Below are positions 38,302 to 56,230 of a stretch of 64,000 nucleotides of DNA, one piece after another. Within the stretch, counting starts at the first letter, position 1. Each line of letters opens with the position of its first letter. The notes beneath the pieces were generated by a model. It was not told the DNA's origin and searched no databases. It saw only the letters and a program-made list of their open reading frames with translations. Where the stretch lies: the NCBI RefSeq assembly GCF_009914755.1, contig NC_060935.1. One strand, given 5' to 3'. The stretch comes from the human T2T-CHM13v2.0 reference genome, Homo sapiens. The position numbers and the translations under genes are program-made.

Positions 38302-38627
38302 TTATTCTTTGGGATTTCCTATATAGACAAGTAAGTCTTCTATGCAAGATGGTTTTATTTCTTCCTTATCTATCTGTATTTCTCTGTTTCCTTTTTTGAT
38401 TATTGGACTCACTAGAACATCCAGCACTGTATTGAATAAGAATAATGAGATCAAACATCCAGGTCTTATGCCCAATTTTAAAAGGACAGCATTCATCATT
38501 AAGGAAAACATTAGTGAAAGTTTGTAAAAACATATTCCTTATCAATTTGAGAGAGATTCCCTTCAATTTCTACTATTTCTAAAAATTCTTAGAGTTTTTA
38601 TCATGAGTAGGTGGTGAATTTTGTTAG

Positions 38628-38732
38628 ATACTCTCTACATCCTCTACATACTCTACATACATTCTCTACATTTACATTTACATACACATACACATTTCTC
38701 TACATATACATTCACATATTCATATACATTTC
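38628..38732. repeat. Degenerate (TACAT/CTCTACAT)-based low-complexity tandem repeat
   Basis: ctctacatcctctacatactctacatacattctctacatttacatttacatacacatacac. Confidence 0.75.
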
Positions 38733-38793
38733 CACATAATTGTGTGATTAGTTTTATTCAGCCTCTTAATATAGTGAATTTTATCAATTAACT

Positions 38794-38826
<33 letters not shown>

Positions 38827-39104
38827 AGGCTGAGTCTCCCCGTGTTGCCCAGATTGGAGTGCAATAGTGTAATCTCAGCTCACTGCAACATTTGCCTCCT
38901 GAATTCATGCAATTCTCCTGACTCAGCCTCCTGAGTAACTGGGACTACAGGCATGCACCACCATGCCCAGTAATTTTTGTATTTGTAGTAGAGACGGGTT
39001 TCACCACGTTGGCCAGGCTGGTCTTGAACTCCTGACGTCAAATGATCTGCTGCCTCGGCCTCTGAAAGTGCTGGGATTACAGGCATGAGCTACTGTGCCT
39101 GGCT
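38794..39104 (-). mobile_element. AluS
   Basis: Poly-T then antisense dimer; TSD tcaattaact. Confidence 0.95.
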
Positions 39105-40460
39105 TCAATTAACTCTGAATATTGAACCAGCTTTCATTAGTGAATAAATTCCAATTGGTCACTATTTATAATTATACATATATATATATATAGAGAGAGA
39201 GAGTGCTAAATTTCATTTGTTAATATTTTATTAAATCATTTTTCACCTATATTTATAATTAATATTGTTCTGTAGTTTTCTTACTTTGTACTGTCTTCTT
39301 CTGGCTTTGATATGAAGATAGGTTTTATAAAATCAACTGGAAAATGTCCATTCTTCTATTTTCCAGAAGAAAATATGTAGGATTACTGATCATTCTTTTT
39401 TAAACACTTGAGAGACTTTTTCAGGAAAACCATGTAGGCCTAGAGGTTTCATTTTTGAAAGTACAAAAATAATACATTCATTTTCATAAACGAATGACAT
39501 AACCATCTATTTTATATTGTTTGAGTTTTGGTGTTTTGTGTTTTTTTAGGAATTGTACCATTTATGTGTGTAGTTTCTCATAGTATTTATTTGTTATGTT
39601 TCTGATATTTGCACATTTATACTGATATCCCATGTTTCATTCTCAGTGTTAGAAATTTGTGTCTTCTTTTTGTCTTCATCATTCTCATTAGAGGCTTGTC
39701 AATTTTGTTAATATTTGCAAAAAATGGCTTCTTGCTTAATTGATTTTCTGCGTTGTTTTTCTGTTTTTAATTTTACTGAATTCTACTTTTATCTTTATCA
39801 CTTCCTTCTTGCTACAGATATTTTCTTCTTCTTTTTCTAGGTACTAAAGGGATAGCATTGATTATTGATTTTGAATTTTCTTTTTTTTATAATATATGCA
39901 TTCAGTGCTACAAACTTCCTCTTAGCACTGCTCTAGATTTCTCCCACAAATTTGAAAAATTGCACTTTTGTTTTTATTCTATGTATTACATTTTTAAAAA
40001 ATTTTCCTTGAGACCCCCTCTTTGACTTGTGAATGATTAACAAGTGTGCTGTTTAGTTTCCAAGTATTTAGAGATTTAGCTGTTATCTCTCTATTACTGA
40101 TGTGCTTTGAATCTATGGTAGTCAGAAAGTATACTTTGTGAAAAGAAGATTTAGTTTATTTGTTATATTTATTATTTATGATTGAAGCATATTATACATC
40201 GAGAAAAGTTTACATATAATATTTGTACAGTTTGATTAATTCTCATAAACTGAAAACATTTATAGGAACCCAAGTGAGAAGCAGCCCTCCTTAATCTGTT
40301 CACTTAACCCCTTCCATTTACGACTCCCAAAGTTCAACCGCTTTCCTAACTTTTAAATGTCAAATATTTTTGTAAATACTCTTTATCAGCCTAAAGCAGT
40401 ACTACAGTTTTACTAGCATTGTAGAGTTTCTGTTTTTATTATTGTGTAAAATACAACATA

Positions 40461-40781
40461 GATTAGTCCCCTTCTGGATGGGATATGTTTAAGACCCTCA
40501 GTGGATACCTGAAACCACAGACAGTAGTGAACCCTATAAATATCATGCTTTTTTCCTATACATCCAAACCTGTGAAAAAGTTTAATTTGTAAATTAAGTA
40601 TAGAAAGAGAGCAACAATAATGATAAAATAGAATAATTATAATACAATTATGACAATATGCTTTCATAAAAGTAATGTGACCTCTGTCACTTTCTCTCTA
40701 AGTATCTTAATATTTTTGGACCATGGTTGACCACAGGTAACAAATTATAGACAGAAAACTGCAGATAAGGGGGGACTACTG
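40461..40781 (-). mobile_element. MER44A-like Tigger-family DNA transposon (MITE)
   Basis: Terminal inverted repeats gattagtccccttc / gataaggggggactactg flanked by TA dinucleotides. Confidence 0.85.
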
Positions 40782-41304
40782 TAATATTTATCTTTTTTAA
40801 CCAATACCTATGATGGTAATCATTATACATGTGTTTTATATTCCACGAAACTCTCTATTTTGGTATATGTTTCATGAGCACTCAAAAATTGTGAATTCTG
40901 TTGCTATTGGATGAAGTGTTCTACACATTTTTATGAAATCTTCTTGCTGATGTTGAGTTCTATATCCTTGCTGATTTTCTGTCTAGCTGTTCTATGAATT
41001 GTTGAGAGAGGGGTTTTGATGTCTCCAATTCTAACTGTGGATTTATCTGTTTCTCCTTTCAGTTCTATTTGTTTTTATTTATGTTTCAGCTCTGCTGATT
41101 GGTGTATACACAGTATTGCTATAACTTCATTGAGTAACCCATTTATCTTCTACAATTCCCCCTCTCTCATTGAAAATATTCTCTCTGAAGTCTATATAAT
41201 ATTAATATAGCTATTGCTGCTTTCCTTTGGTTACAATTTTCATAGTACATCTTTATGCATTCTTTCATTTTCAGCCTACTTACAGCCTTATATTTGAAGT
41301 TTTT

Positions 41305-41619
41305 GTTTGTTTGTTTGTTTGTTTGTTTGTTTTTGAGACAATGTCTCGCTCTGTTGCCCAGGCTGGAGTGCAGTGGCACGATCTTGGCTCACTGCAAGCT
41401 CTGACTCCCGGGTCCACGCCATCCATTCTCCTGCCTCAGCCTCCCGAGTAGCTGGGACTACAGGCGCCCGCCACCACGCCCGGCTAATTTTTTGTATTTT
41501 TAGTAGAGATCAGGTTTCACCATGTTAGCCAGGATGGTCTGGATCTCTTGACCTCGTGATCCACCTGCCTCGGCCTCCCAAAGTGCTGGGATTACAGGTG
41601 TGAGCCACTGCGTCTGGCC
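41305..41619 (-). mobile_element. AluY with (TTTG)n tail
   Basis: gcaagctc, cacgccat, ggcgcccgccaccacgcccggc; TSD aagttttt. Confidence 0.95.
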
Positions 41620-44565
41620 AAGTTTTTTATAAGACAGCACATAGTTGTATTATGTTTATTTTTTTAACTCCCTCTTCCAGTCTCTGGATTATAATCGGTT
41701 TACATAGAAAATTTATATTTAACGTAATTATTGATGTATTTGGGCTTAAGCCTGGCATTTTTTGTTTTCTGTTTGTTTTCTGCTTTTTGTTTCTCTTGTT
41801 TTCTTTTTCCTGCCTTCATCTGAGTTAGCTGAACATTTTTACAATTCCATTTTGATCCATAGTGTTTTTGAGTATATCTCGTGGTAATACATCATATATG
41901 CATAATTGGCCCACTTATGTCATTATTTTACCTGTTCAAATGAAATATAACTTTAACTCCTTTAAGTCTTTTTTTCTTTCCCCCATTTATTATTTTATTA
42001 GATATTTTCTCTGCATGAATTTAGAACCACATCGGACTGTGTAATAATTTTTGCTTCAAAGAGGAGAAAGCTCATTGTATGTACCTATTTTTGTGGTACC
42101 AGTTTCTTTCTTCTTTTCTGTTGTTTGAAGGTTTATACTTTTATAAATTCATTTCTGTTGGGAATATTTCTTTAGCCATTCTTTTATAGTAGTACTATCG
42201 ATGACAAATTCTTTGTTTTTCTTCATCCGAAAATGTCTTGATTTCCCCTTTATTCCTGAGGGATATTTTCACTGTATACAAAAATTGAGTTGACAGTTCT
42301 TTTATTTCAGTTCTTGAAAAACATTATGCCACTTTCTCTGGCCTCCAGTTTCTGAGGAGAAATCCACTGCCTTTTGAATTATTGTACCCTACAAACAAGA
42401 TGTTATTTTTCTCTGGCTGCACACAAGATATTTATTTGTTTTCAGGTTTTACAGTTTAATTATGATGTGTCTTAGCATAAATATCTTCTGATTTATATTT
42501 TTGTGGCTCACTCAGTTTCTTGAATCTGTAGCTTTGTATGTCTTGTCAAACTTGGGAGATTTTCGGCCATTTTGATTTTCATCCTTATCCTTCTTTTTTC
42601 TCTCTACTTCTTGCTGCTGGGGAAATGGGTATTAGATCTATTGTTATAGTCCCTGTGACTCTGTTCATTTTCTTCTCCTCTATTTTCACTCTGTTGGTCC
42701 GATCAAACTATCTTCCAATGCACTGATTCTTTTCTCTAACTCCATGGTTACACTGTTGAGACCATCCACTGAGCTTTGTAGTTTGATCATTCTATTTTCT
42801 GGCTCTAAAATTTCCACTTATTCTTCTTTATATCTTCTATTTCTTTGCTGACATTTTCTGTTCCTTCCTAAGGCTTTCCCATTTTCCATTTGTTCTAATC
42901 TTGTTTATAACTGTTCATTAAAGCATTTCTATCATGGCTGCTTTAAATTATTTGCCAGATAATTGTAACATCTCTGTTACTTCATTTCTCTATTGGCTTC
43001 TATTGTGTCTTATCATTCCATTTGAAATTGTCATAGATCTTATTATAACAAGTGATTTTTATAGAAACCTGAACATTTTTGTATTATGTTATGAAACTCT
43101 AGATATAACTAGATATCTGACTTTCTCTGATACTGCTCAATCAGGAGAAGGGTAAGTATCAACTTGTTTCTGCAGGATCGAAGTAGAATTCCAAGACTCT
43201 CATTGACATCTGAGGAAAGGGAGAGTCCTTTTACTGACAGGCTGAGTAGGCCTTGTTTCCCATGTGGTTTATATTGACATTATTCTAGGGGTGGCTGCAT
43301 TATCTCTGAATGATGGTGAAAATTCTCACTCCCACTGGATCTCCTCTGATACCACCTAGTAGGGAAGAGAAGCGATGCCTCATTACTACAAGGCAAGAGT
43401 ACAAATCCAGTCTGTCCACATGAAGTCCACTAACAATGTGGGAGAAAGGAACCTTGTTACCAGTGAGTGGGAAAAGATGAAAGTCCCGTGTCTCTACTTG
43501 ATCTCCTCTGACAACATCTGGCAAGATTAACTAGTATCTTGTTACAACCTCAGAAGGGTAGATAGACGTCGAGGCTCCCCACTGTCTTTGCTGACATGGC
43601 TGAGATGGAGCCAGAGTTGTTCTGTAGTGCTTGGCTACAATACAGAAGATGCTGTCTGATCTTTTCTGTCTTACTAGGTTGCCCTTTTCTTGATCCTTTT
43701 ACTAAAAAGAGTAGGCTTTTGTTTGGGCTTTTTGTTTGTTTGTTCATTTGTGTTTGTTGATGTTTTCACATCGCAAATTTTGTCAACTCCAAGTCTGGAA
43801 TATGAGTGGCAAAAAGAAAACCCAGGGAACTCACTATATGTCATTACCTAGGTCCCGAGATTTCTAGCTGCTCTTTCATCCTAACAATTTTCAGGTTCTT
43901 CTCATGTTTGTTTTATGTATAATGTCCAGGATTTTTAGTTGTAGTTAACAGAAGGAATAGGAAAAAGTACATCTACTTCATTTCCCCTGACACAGAATTC
44001 CTCTCTTTTTTATTTAGAATTACATTTTATAAATAGATAAAATGTATTAGCATTTGAATTTCTTTATCTTTATTTCCTTTTATAGCTTATAACATTGTTT
44101 AACAACATAGTTTAATATAGTTAATATAGATTAATAATTCTCCATATGGTTACCATCTCTAGCAATAAAAACACTGCTTGTTAATTAATGGTAGTATTGT
44201 AATTGGACTTATTAATTCAAAAATAATAAAAAGAAAATCATTTTTAGAAAAAAATTAGATGTAAAAGGTAAAACCTATACAAAGATATAGCAAAAATTTA
44301 CCAAGTTGTAACTCAAACTACATGTTTTGAAAACACTGATCTCTTTGAAGGTCCTTTGTCTTATTGCTCATAACAGGGTTTCAGTTGCTTTGGTGTCAAT
44401 AGGTACATAGTGGGACTTGAACTGGGTTTCCCTGTTTCAGACCTCGGTCTATTAAGTCTTAACTTTGTCACTGTAACCTTAACATTCAAAGACCTAATAT
44501 TCAAGAATCTCTTTTGTTTCTGGATATCCCAGGATTATTGGAGAAATACTTTACATTTTGTTGTC

Positions 44566-44585
44566 AGACATGCCAAGACATGCTG
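44566..44585. promoter_or_regulatory. Candidate p53/p63 response element
   Basis: AGACATGCCA AGACATGCTG: two RRRCATGYYY half sites, zero spacer, one terminal mismatch each. Confidence 0.4.
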
Positions 44586-44742
44586 TGTCCCCTGGTAATA
44601 TTTTTTTGCAGTTTCTGATTTTCACTCTCTAGGGGTGTCTGCAGTTCTGGAACAATTAAGGTCAACCTGGCACATAAACTGAAACATGTCTTGCAAACAT
44701 GAGGTACATGTGGTGATCACAGCAAAATTCCACATTGATTTC

Positions 44743-44756
44743 TGACCTAATGACCT
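44743..44756 (-). promoter_or_regulatory. Candidate nuclear receptor DR2 element
   Basis: TGACCT-AA-TGACCT = AGGTCA-TT-AGGTCA, perfect DR2 outside an Alu. Confidence 0.35.
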
Positions 44757-45589
44757 CCAAAGAGTGTCCCTGATCTCCCACGGGTGAAGTTTCACTAGGG
44801 AATGTTTGATTATACTGTGAGATTAAAGAAAATTCAAGTGGTTGGATAGCTCCCTATTCAGTACATATTTGGGAAGTCTTGAAAACATGTGTTATTTTTT
44901 AAAGTTGGTTATAAATTAGCTCTCTAAATTGCTTCCAGATCAGTCTTTTCAGGCAAAGCATTAAAATGATGATTCTATCAGCCAAAACACTAATTTTTGT
45001 TTCGATCACACATACTATTATAAATTCTCCTTACCCTAATATAGAATAAGAAGACGTCAATTCAACCAATCATCCTTTCTCTCGGTCAGCAGATGTGCTG
45101 TCTAGATTAGGAGCTGCTGTCAGCAATTTAGCCACATAATTTAGCTCAGATTTTTTAAGAGATCAGTTGTGTGTCTCTGTGAAAAGATTTTGGCATAAAT
45201 TTCAAAAATAGTCTTCTTCAGAACTCTGAATATAATATCAAATGAATGTAGGATATTCAAGTTAAACAGAAGTTAAATTTCTGACAGGAAAGTATTTTAT
45301 ATTTTTTCAGATTAGAAAATAAATTGTTTGATTATCCTATTTCAAATATATGCAATATTTTTCTCTGAGTCTTCTTTGAGGACTCTGGAAAGTAAGTAAT
45401 AGCAAGCAGATTGAAGACAAAGACCAGAATTCAGCATACTGCCAAATTAGTGCTGAGAATGTCTTTTTGGTTTTGGTGTTTTAACCCAGATACCCTTCAG
45501 TATCCTGAACCTAGATGCAGTGAAATTCTGAAATCTAAAGTGGGCACAGGGTGCAGATGGAGATGTCTACAAGACATCTCTCTAATTCT

Positions 45590-46880
45590 GACTTAAGGAC
45601 TAATAAAAGAAACATGTAATGTTCAAATGGAGTACAGAAAACACTTTTTTTGTATTTTTCCCTGGTTTTTGGGCTATTCTTTTGCACTCTATCCCCTAGT
45701 AAAAACTTCAGCAGTGGCAACAGAAACTCACAGGAGCCAAAATTATGAAATAGGTGAGCTTTCCTTCACCATCATTGAAACTGTGGTCTGAAGAAGCTGC
45801 AGTGATCACATGTTGCTTTTTTCCCTCACTCTGTCCTATCTCTGCTTTGTCTTAGAGGCAGGTATACTTGTAAAAGGACACAGGAGAGAGGAATGAAAAA
45901 GGCCCAGCTTTCTGGCCATGTGATTCAAAATGGGAGACCCAGAGAACCAGAAATTTCTGGAGACCACAAAGAGGGAGGATTTGAGGAAAGCAGTACTATG
46001 CAAGTATGTATTAACTTCTGGGTTACTATGAAGCTGTGTATGTGTAGATCTGACATTAGTGAAAATATCAAACAATTTAAGAATTAAGAGACAGACCACA
46101 TCCCAGGTGGGAAACAGATCCAAATAACACTATAAATGCTTTAAAAAACTGAATTTATTATAAAACAATAACTGATAGAAAATGGACTAGAACTAGCAGT
46201 CTTAACCTAACCAAGTAGATTCCCTGCTAAAACAAACATATCAGCATTGTCCATAACATTTAAACAAGACTTATACACTCATAATATTATATTCATAATG
46301 ACTAGGATGTGATTCAAAGCTTCTAAGCAAAGAATGTCAACTCTCAAGGAAAAAGAGAATCAACAAACATCAATACCAAGATAACATAGATCTTGAAGTT
46401 ATCAGAGAAAGACTTCAAAGTAGGTCCTATAAAATTATCTCAATAAGCAATCATAAACATTAACGAAATGAATAGAAAAATAAAATTATCAGAAAAAAAT
46501 TAAAAGAACAAGAAGGAGGAAGAGAAAGAGGAGAAAAAATAAAGAAGAACAAAATGGAAATTTTACAACTAAATATAAAACAATTGAAATTTTAACATCA
46601 CTAAATGGATTCAATAACAGAATGGAGATGACAGAGAAAGGAGTTCATGAAATGAGGACACATGAAGAACAGATCAGGGATTGCCTTAAGGTTAGTGGTT
46701 GGGTGAATGAATACACTATGGGTGGTTTTGTGGGGGATGATGGGATATTTCTGTATAGTTACAAGGCTAGTAATCACACTAATTGTTCAACACTAATTGT
46801 TTAACATGTAATACGTGTTCAAATTTGCTGAACTGTATACCACAAAAGCCTATTCCACCATATGACAATTTAAATGGTAT
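45590..46880 (+). mobile_element. Old L1M (L1MC/L1ME-like): 5'UTR/ORF1 start joined directly to a 3'UTR piece
   Basis: ORF1-like gaacaaaatggaaattttacaact...cactaaatggattcaataacagaatggagatgacagag to ~46660, then 3'UTR-like gaacagatcagggattgcc...gggatgatgggatatttctgtat...gaactgtatac. Confidence 0.65.
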
Positions 46881-47084
46881 TTTAAGTTGTGCATGATAAT
46901 TTGACAAATGAAGAAGTGAATACATTTAAATTTGTTTGTTAAATGTAAAGGATATTCTTGTCCAGTAGCACACATTTCGTGCTTCCAGGGTAGTTTGCTT
47001 TATTTAAGATTTAATCAAGATCACTTTTCATTCTATGCGGTTATACCATGGCTTCTTGATGGTCTACTAAGCTGGTAAAACTCA

Positions 47085-47340
47085 GAAAATGCATCAGCTT
47101 CTCCTCGAAGCACCTCAGGAATCTTCTTTGGGTCTCTTCAGCAAATTTACCCAGCCCCTCATTTAGGTTACCTCTTTGTCCTCTAGACACTTTTATCACA
47201 GCAACCGTAGTAATTTTTTTGTTAAACTATTAAATCTCATCAAGGAAAAAATCATGTCTTAAATACCTTTCATCATCATTTTGTAGCAAAGACTTTGGTA
47301 TATATTAGATATAGAATAAATAGGTGTTGAATAAATAAAG
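47085..47340 (+). mobile_element. L2 3' end fragment
   Basis: aaactattaaatctcatcaagg...catgtctt...aataaataggtgttgaataaataaa. Confidence 0.55.
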
Positions 47341-49114
47341 TGTCTAAATTAGTTTTACAATATCTTAATTACAACTTACCAAGGAGTATTTCATCCCTTC
47401 TATATTAAAGTTGCAATCTATAACTATTTATCTCTAGACAAAGAAAGGAAAGAACCACTTTGATGATATATCAAACCACTGATCTGTTTATTGCCTTTTA
47501 GTGTAAATCACCTTCTCTATATATTATATATGTGAAATTCATTTATATCCTATACTCTACACTAATAAAATACCCTTTATTTAAATCTACTGGATACTAA
47601 TTAGCATGCAAGAGAAACTTTAGACAAGTTAATACTAGATTATTTTTCTAAAATGGAGATCATGGAAACATTTATGTTGAGAACATGTAAAATATGTTAT
47701 GTTTTCTAGAATGGAACCATTATGCCTAAAGCTTGAAATAGTCTTACTCTGTAATACATAAGGGGAAAGTGCAGTCAGAATGAGCAAACCTTAGCATAGT
47801 CACAATGGTCCCAAGAAAACATATTGATATCTAGCCTACATCAATTGCCAATATTGTCTTTTCTCCCAATAAGAATAGAAAAGTAGAGAAAAGGTAAACA
47901 GTCTTAAGCTTTGAAATCAATAATCTGTGTTTTAATAATAGAAGTTAATTACTATACTACCCTAAAGCAACAGTTCATCAGCCACCCAGAGAAGCCCACC
48001 AACCATATGAAGGTGGATGGTTGTGTATAAACATTGCAAATGTGACAAACCCCTCTGACTTTGGATATCAAATCTATAAAGGTGGAAATTCATGTCAATG
48101 GTATGATGTTATGGATCAACTGTAGACAAGTGACTACTAGGGCCTCATCTCTCACTGAATCAGAAAAACCTTGCTTGTTTTCTAAATAATAAGAATACTT
48201 CAGTTCTTATCTGTAAAAGGGAAAACGATGATGGATGAGGAGAGAAAGAAGCAATTGAAAGAGGGATTTGAGAAGAACTAAAGAGCAAGAGTCCCTGATA
48301 CTTCCAAGAAGACTTAACTGAAAGAGGGCTCTGGGGAAGTAAATGGAACTGCAGCAAGTAAATTAATAAGCAAGTTGTAGTGCATTATGACAGACTAGAT
48401 CCTTGATATCCCTGGCATTAAGATAATATGCAGAGCAGAGATGCATGGTCTGTGATTATGCAGGAGTACCTCAGCTACCATGAGTACTCTGCAGTGATAA
48501 TGTCGGCATAAAAATGACAAGATAAGAAAATACTTAATGATAGATTTATCCTGTTCTCTGAGAAAGTCACAGAGTTGGATGATTTCTAAAATGTTAAGCA
48601 GGACATTTCTAATAATGTCTCTGTGCAAATATTCCTGAAACCCAAATGTGACTTCTAGTCCTGTGTCTACATTTTGAAGTGTAAAGAGAATAGACAATCT
48701 CGAATTGCCCTTTAATCCCAGAACTAAACAGAAGCTTCTGCAACATGAGGACATTGAAAATAAGATGAAACTCATCCACATAAGAGATGGGGTTGGGGCA
48801 GGGGGCAGGGGGGTGGCATTCCAAGATGGCTGAATAGGAACAGCTCTGGTCTGCAACTCCCAGCATGATCAATGCAGAAGATGGGTGATTTCTCCATTTC
48901 CAACTGAGCCTCCACTGGTGATACCCAGGCAAACAGGGTCTGGAGTGGACCTCCAGCAAACTCCAACAGACCTGCAGCTGAGGGACCTGACTGTTAGAAG
49001 GAAAACTAACAAATAGAAAGGAATAGCATCAACATCAACAAAAAGTTTATCTACTCTAAAACCCCATTTGTAGGTCACCAACATCAAAGACCAAAGGTAG
49101 ATAAAACCACAAAG

Positions 49115-50133
49115 ATGGGGAGAAACCAGAGCAGAAAAGCCGAAAATCCTAAAAATCAGAGCGCTTCTTCTCCTCCAAAGGATCACAGCTCCTTGCCAAC
49201 AATGGAACAAAGCTGGGTGGAGAATGACTTTGACAAGTTGACAGAAGTAGGCTTCAGAAGGTCGGTAATAACAAACTTCTCAGAGCTAAAGGAGGATGTT
49301 CAAACCCATTGCAAGGAAGCTAAAAACCTTGAAAAAAGATTAGATGAATGGCTAACTAGAATAAACAGTGTAGATAAGATTTTAAATGACCTGATGGAGC
49401 TGAAAACTATGGCATGAGAACTTCGTGATGCATACACAAGCTTCAATAGCCAATTCAATCAAGTGGAAGAAAGGGTATCAGTGATTGAAGATCAAATTAA
49501 TGAAATAGTGAGAAGACATGGTTAGAGAAAAAAGAGTAAAAATAAATGAACAAAGCCTCCAAGAAATATGGGACTATGTGAAAAGAACAAATCTACATTC
49601 GATTGGTGTATCTGAAAGTGATGGGGAGAATGGAACCAAGATGGAAAATGCTCTTCAGGATATTATCCAGGAGAAATTCCCCAACCTAGCAAGGCAGGCC
49701 AACATTCAAATTCAGGAAATGCAGAGAACACCACAAAGATACTCCTCGAGAAAAGCAACCCCAAAACACATATATGTCAGATTCACCAAGGTTGAAATGA
49801 AGAAAAAAGTGTTAAGGGCAGCCAGAGAGAAAGGTTGAGTTACCCACAAAGGGAAGCCCGTCAGACTAACAGTGGATCTCTTGGCAGGAACCCTACAAGC
49901 CAGAAGAGAGTGGGCGCCAATATTCAACATACTAAAGAAAATAATTTTCAACCCAGAATTTCATATCCAGCCAAACTGAGCTTCATAAGTGAAGGAGAAA
50001 TAAAATCCTTTACAAGCAAATTCTGAGAGATTTTGTCACCACCAGGCCTGCTTTACAAGAGCTCCTGAAGGAAGGACTAAACATGGAAAGAAACAACCGG
50101 TACCACCCACTGCTAAAACATGCCAAATGGTAA
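49115..50133 (+). pseudogene. L1 ORF1p, disrupted (stop at 49415-49417 and frameshifts)
   Basis: MGRNQSRKAENPKNQSASSPPKD...; EQSLQEIWDYVKR...KVLRAAREKG. Confidence 0.95.
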
Positions 50134-50196
50134 AGACCATCGATGCTATGAAGAAACTGCATCAATTAATGGGCAAAATAACCAGTGAACATCATA

Positions 50197-55698
<5,502 letters not shown>

Positions 55699-55951
55699 AC
55701 AATGAGATCACTTGGGCACAGGGCAGGGAACATCACAAAATGGGGTCTGTCTGGGGGTGGGGGATGGGGGAGGGATAGCATTAGGAGAAATACCTAATGT
55801 AAATGATGAGTTGATGGGTGTAACAAATCAACATGGCACATGTATACCTATGTATGAAACCTGCACATTGTGCACATGTACCCTATTTATTTGTTGTTTA
55901 TTATACTTTAAGTATAATAAATATAATATACTTTAAGTGGGTAAAAAAAAA

Positions 55952-56064
55952 TAGAGACAGGGTTTCACCATGTTGGCCAGGCTGTTCTCAAACTCCTGGT
56001 CTCAAGTGATCCACCTGCCTCAGGCTCCCAAGGGGATTACAGACATGAGCCACCATACCTGGCC
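55952..56064 (-). mobile_element. Alu left monomer only (partial)
   Basis: tagagacagggtttcaccatgttggccagg...gagccaccatacctggcc. Confidence 0.9.
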
Positions 56065-56230
56065 GAGTAAAGTTTTAGGGAACAAATTGAGGAGGGAAAA
56101 CGGCAACTTTTCATGAGACCTGGGAAAGAAAATAGATAGAAAGAGTGAATCAGATGAGATTTCTATGGGACCTTGGTCATCCCATCCCCATAGTAATATA
56201 TACCAAGGAAGAGCCAGAGTGAGGTCCTTT

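Noticed and set aside
48395-49210. Minus-strand ORFs of 153, 116 and 113 aa as an ORF0-like or novel gene
   Set aside because: They are antisense read-throughs of the shortened L1 5'UTR and flank. The splice removed the central 5'UTR where the antisense promoter and ORF0 lie, and no protein similarity is recognisable.
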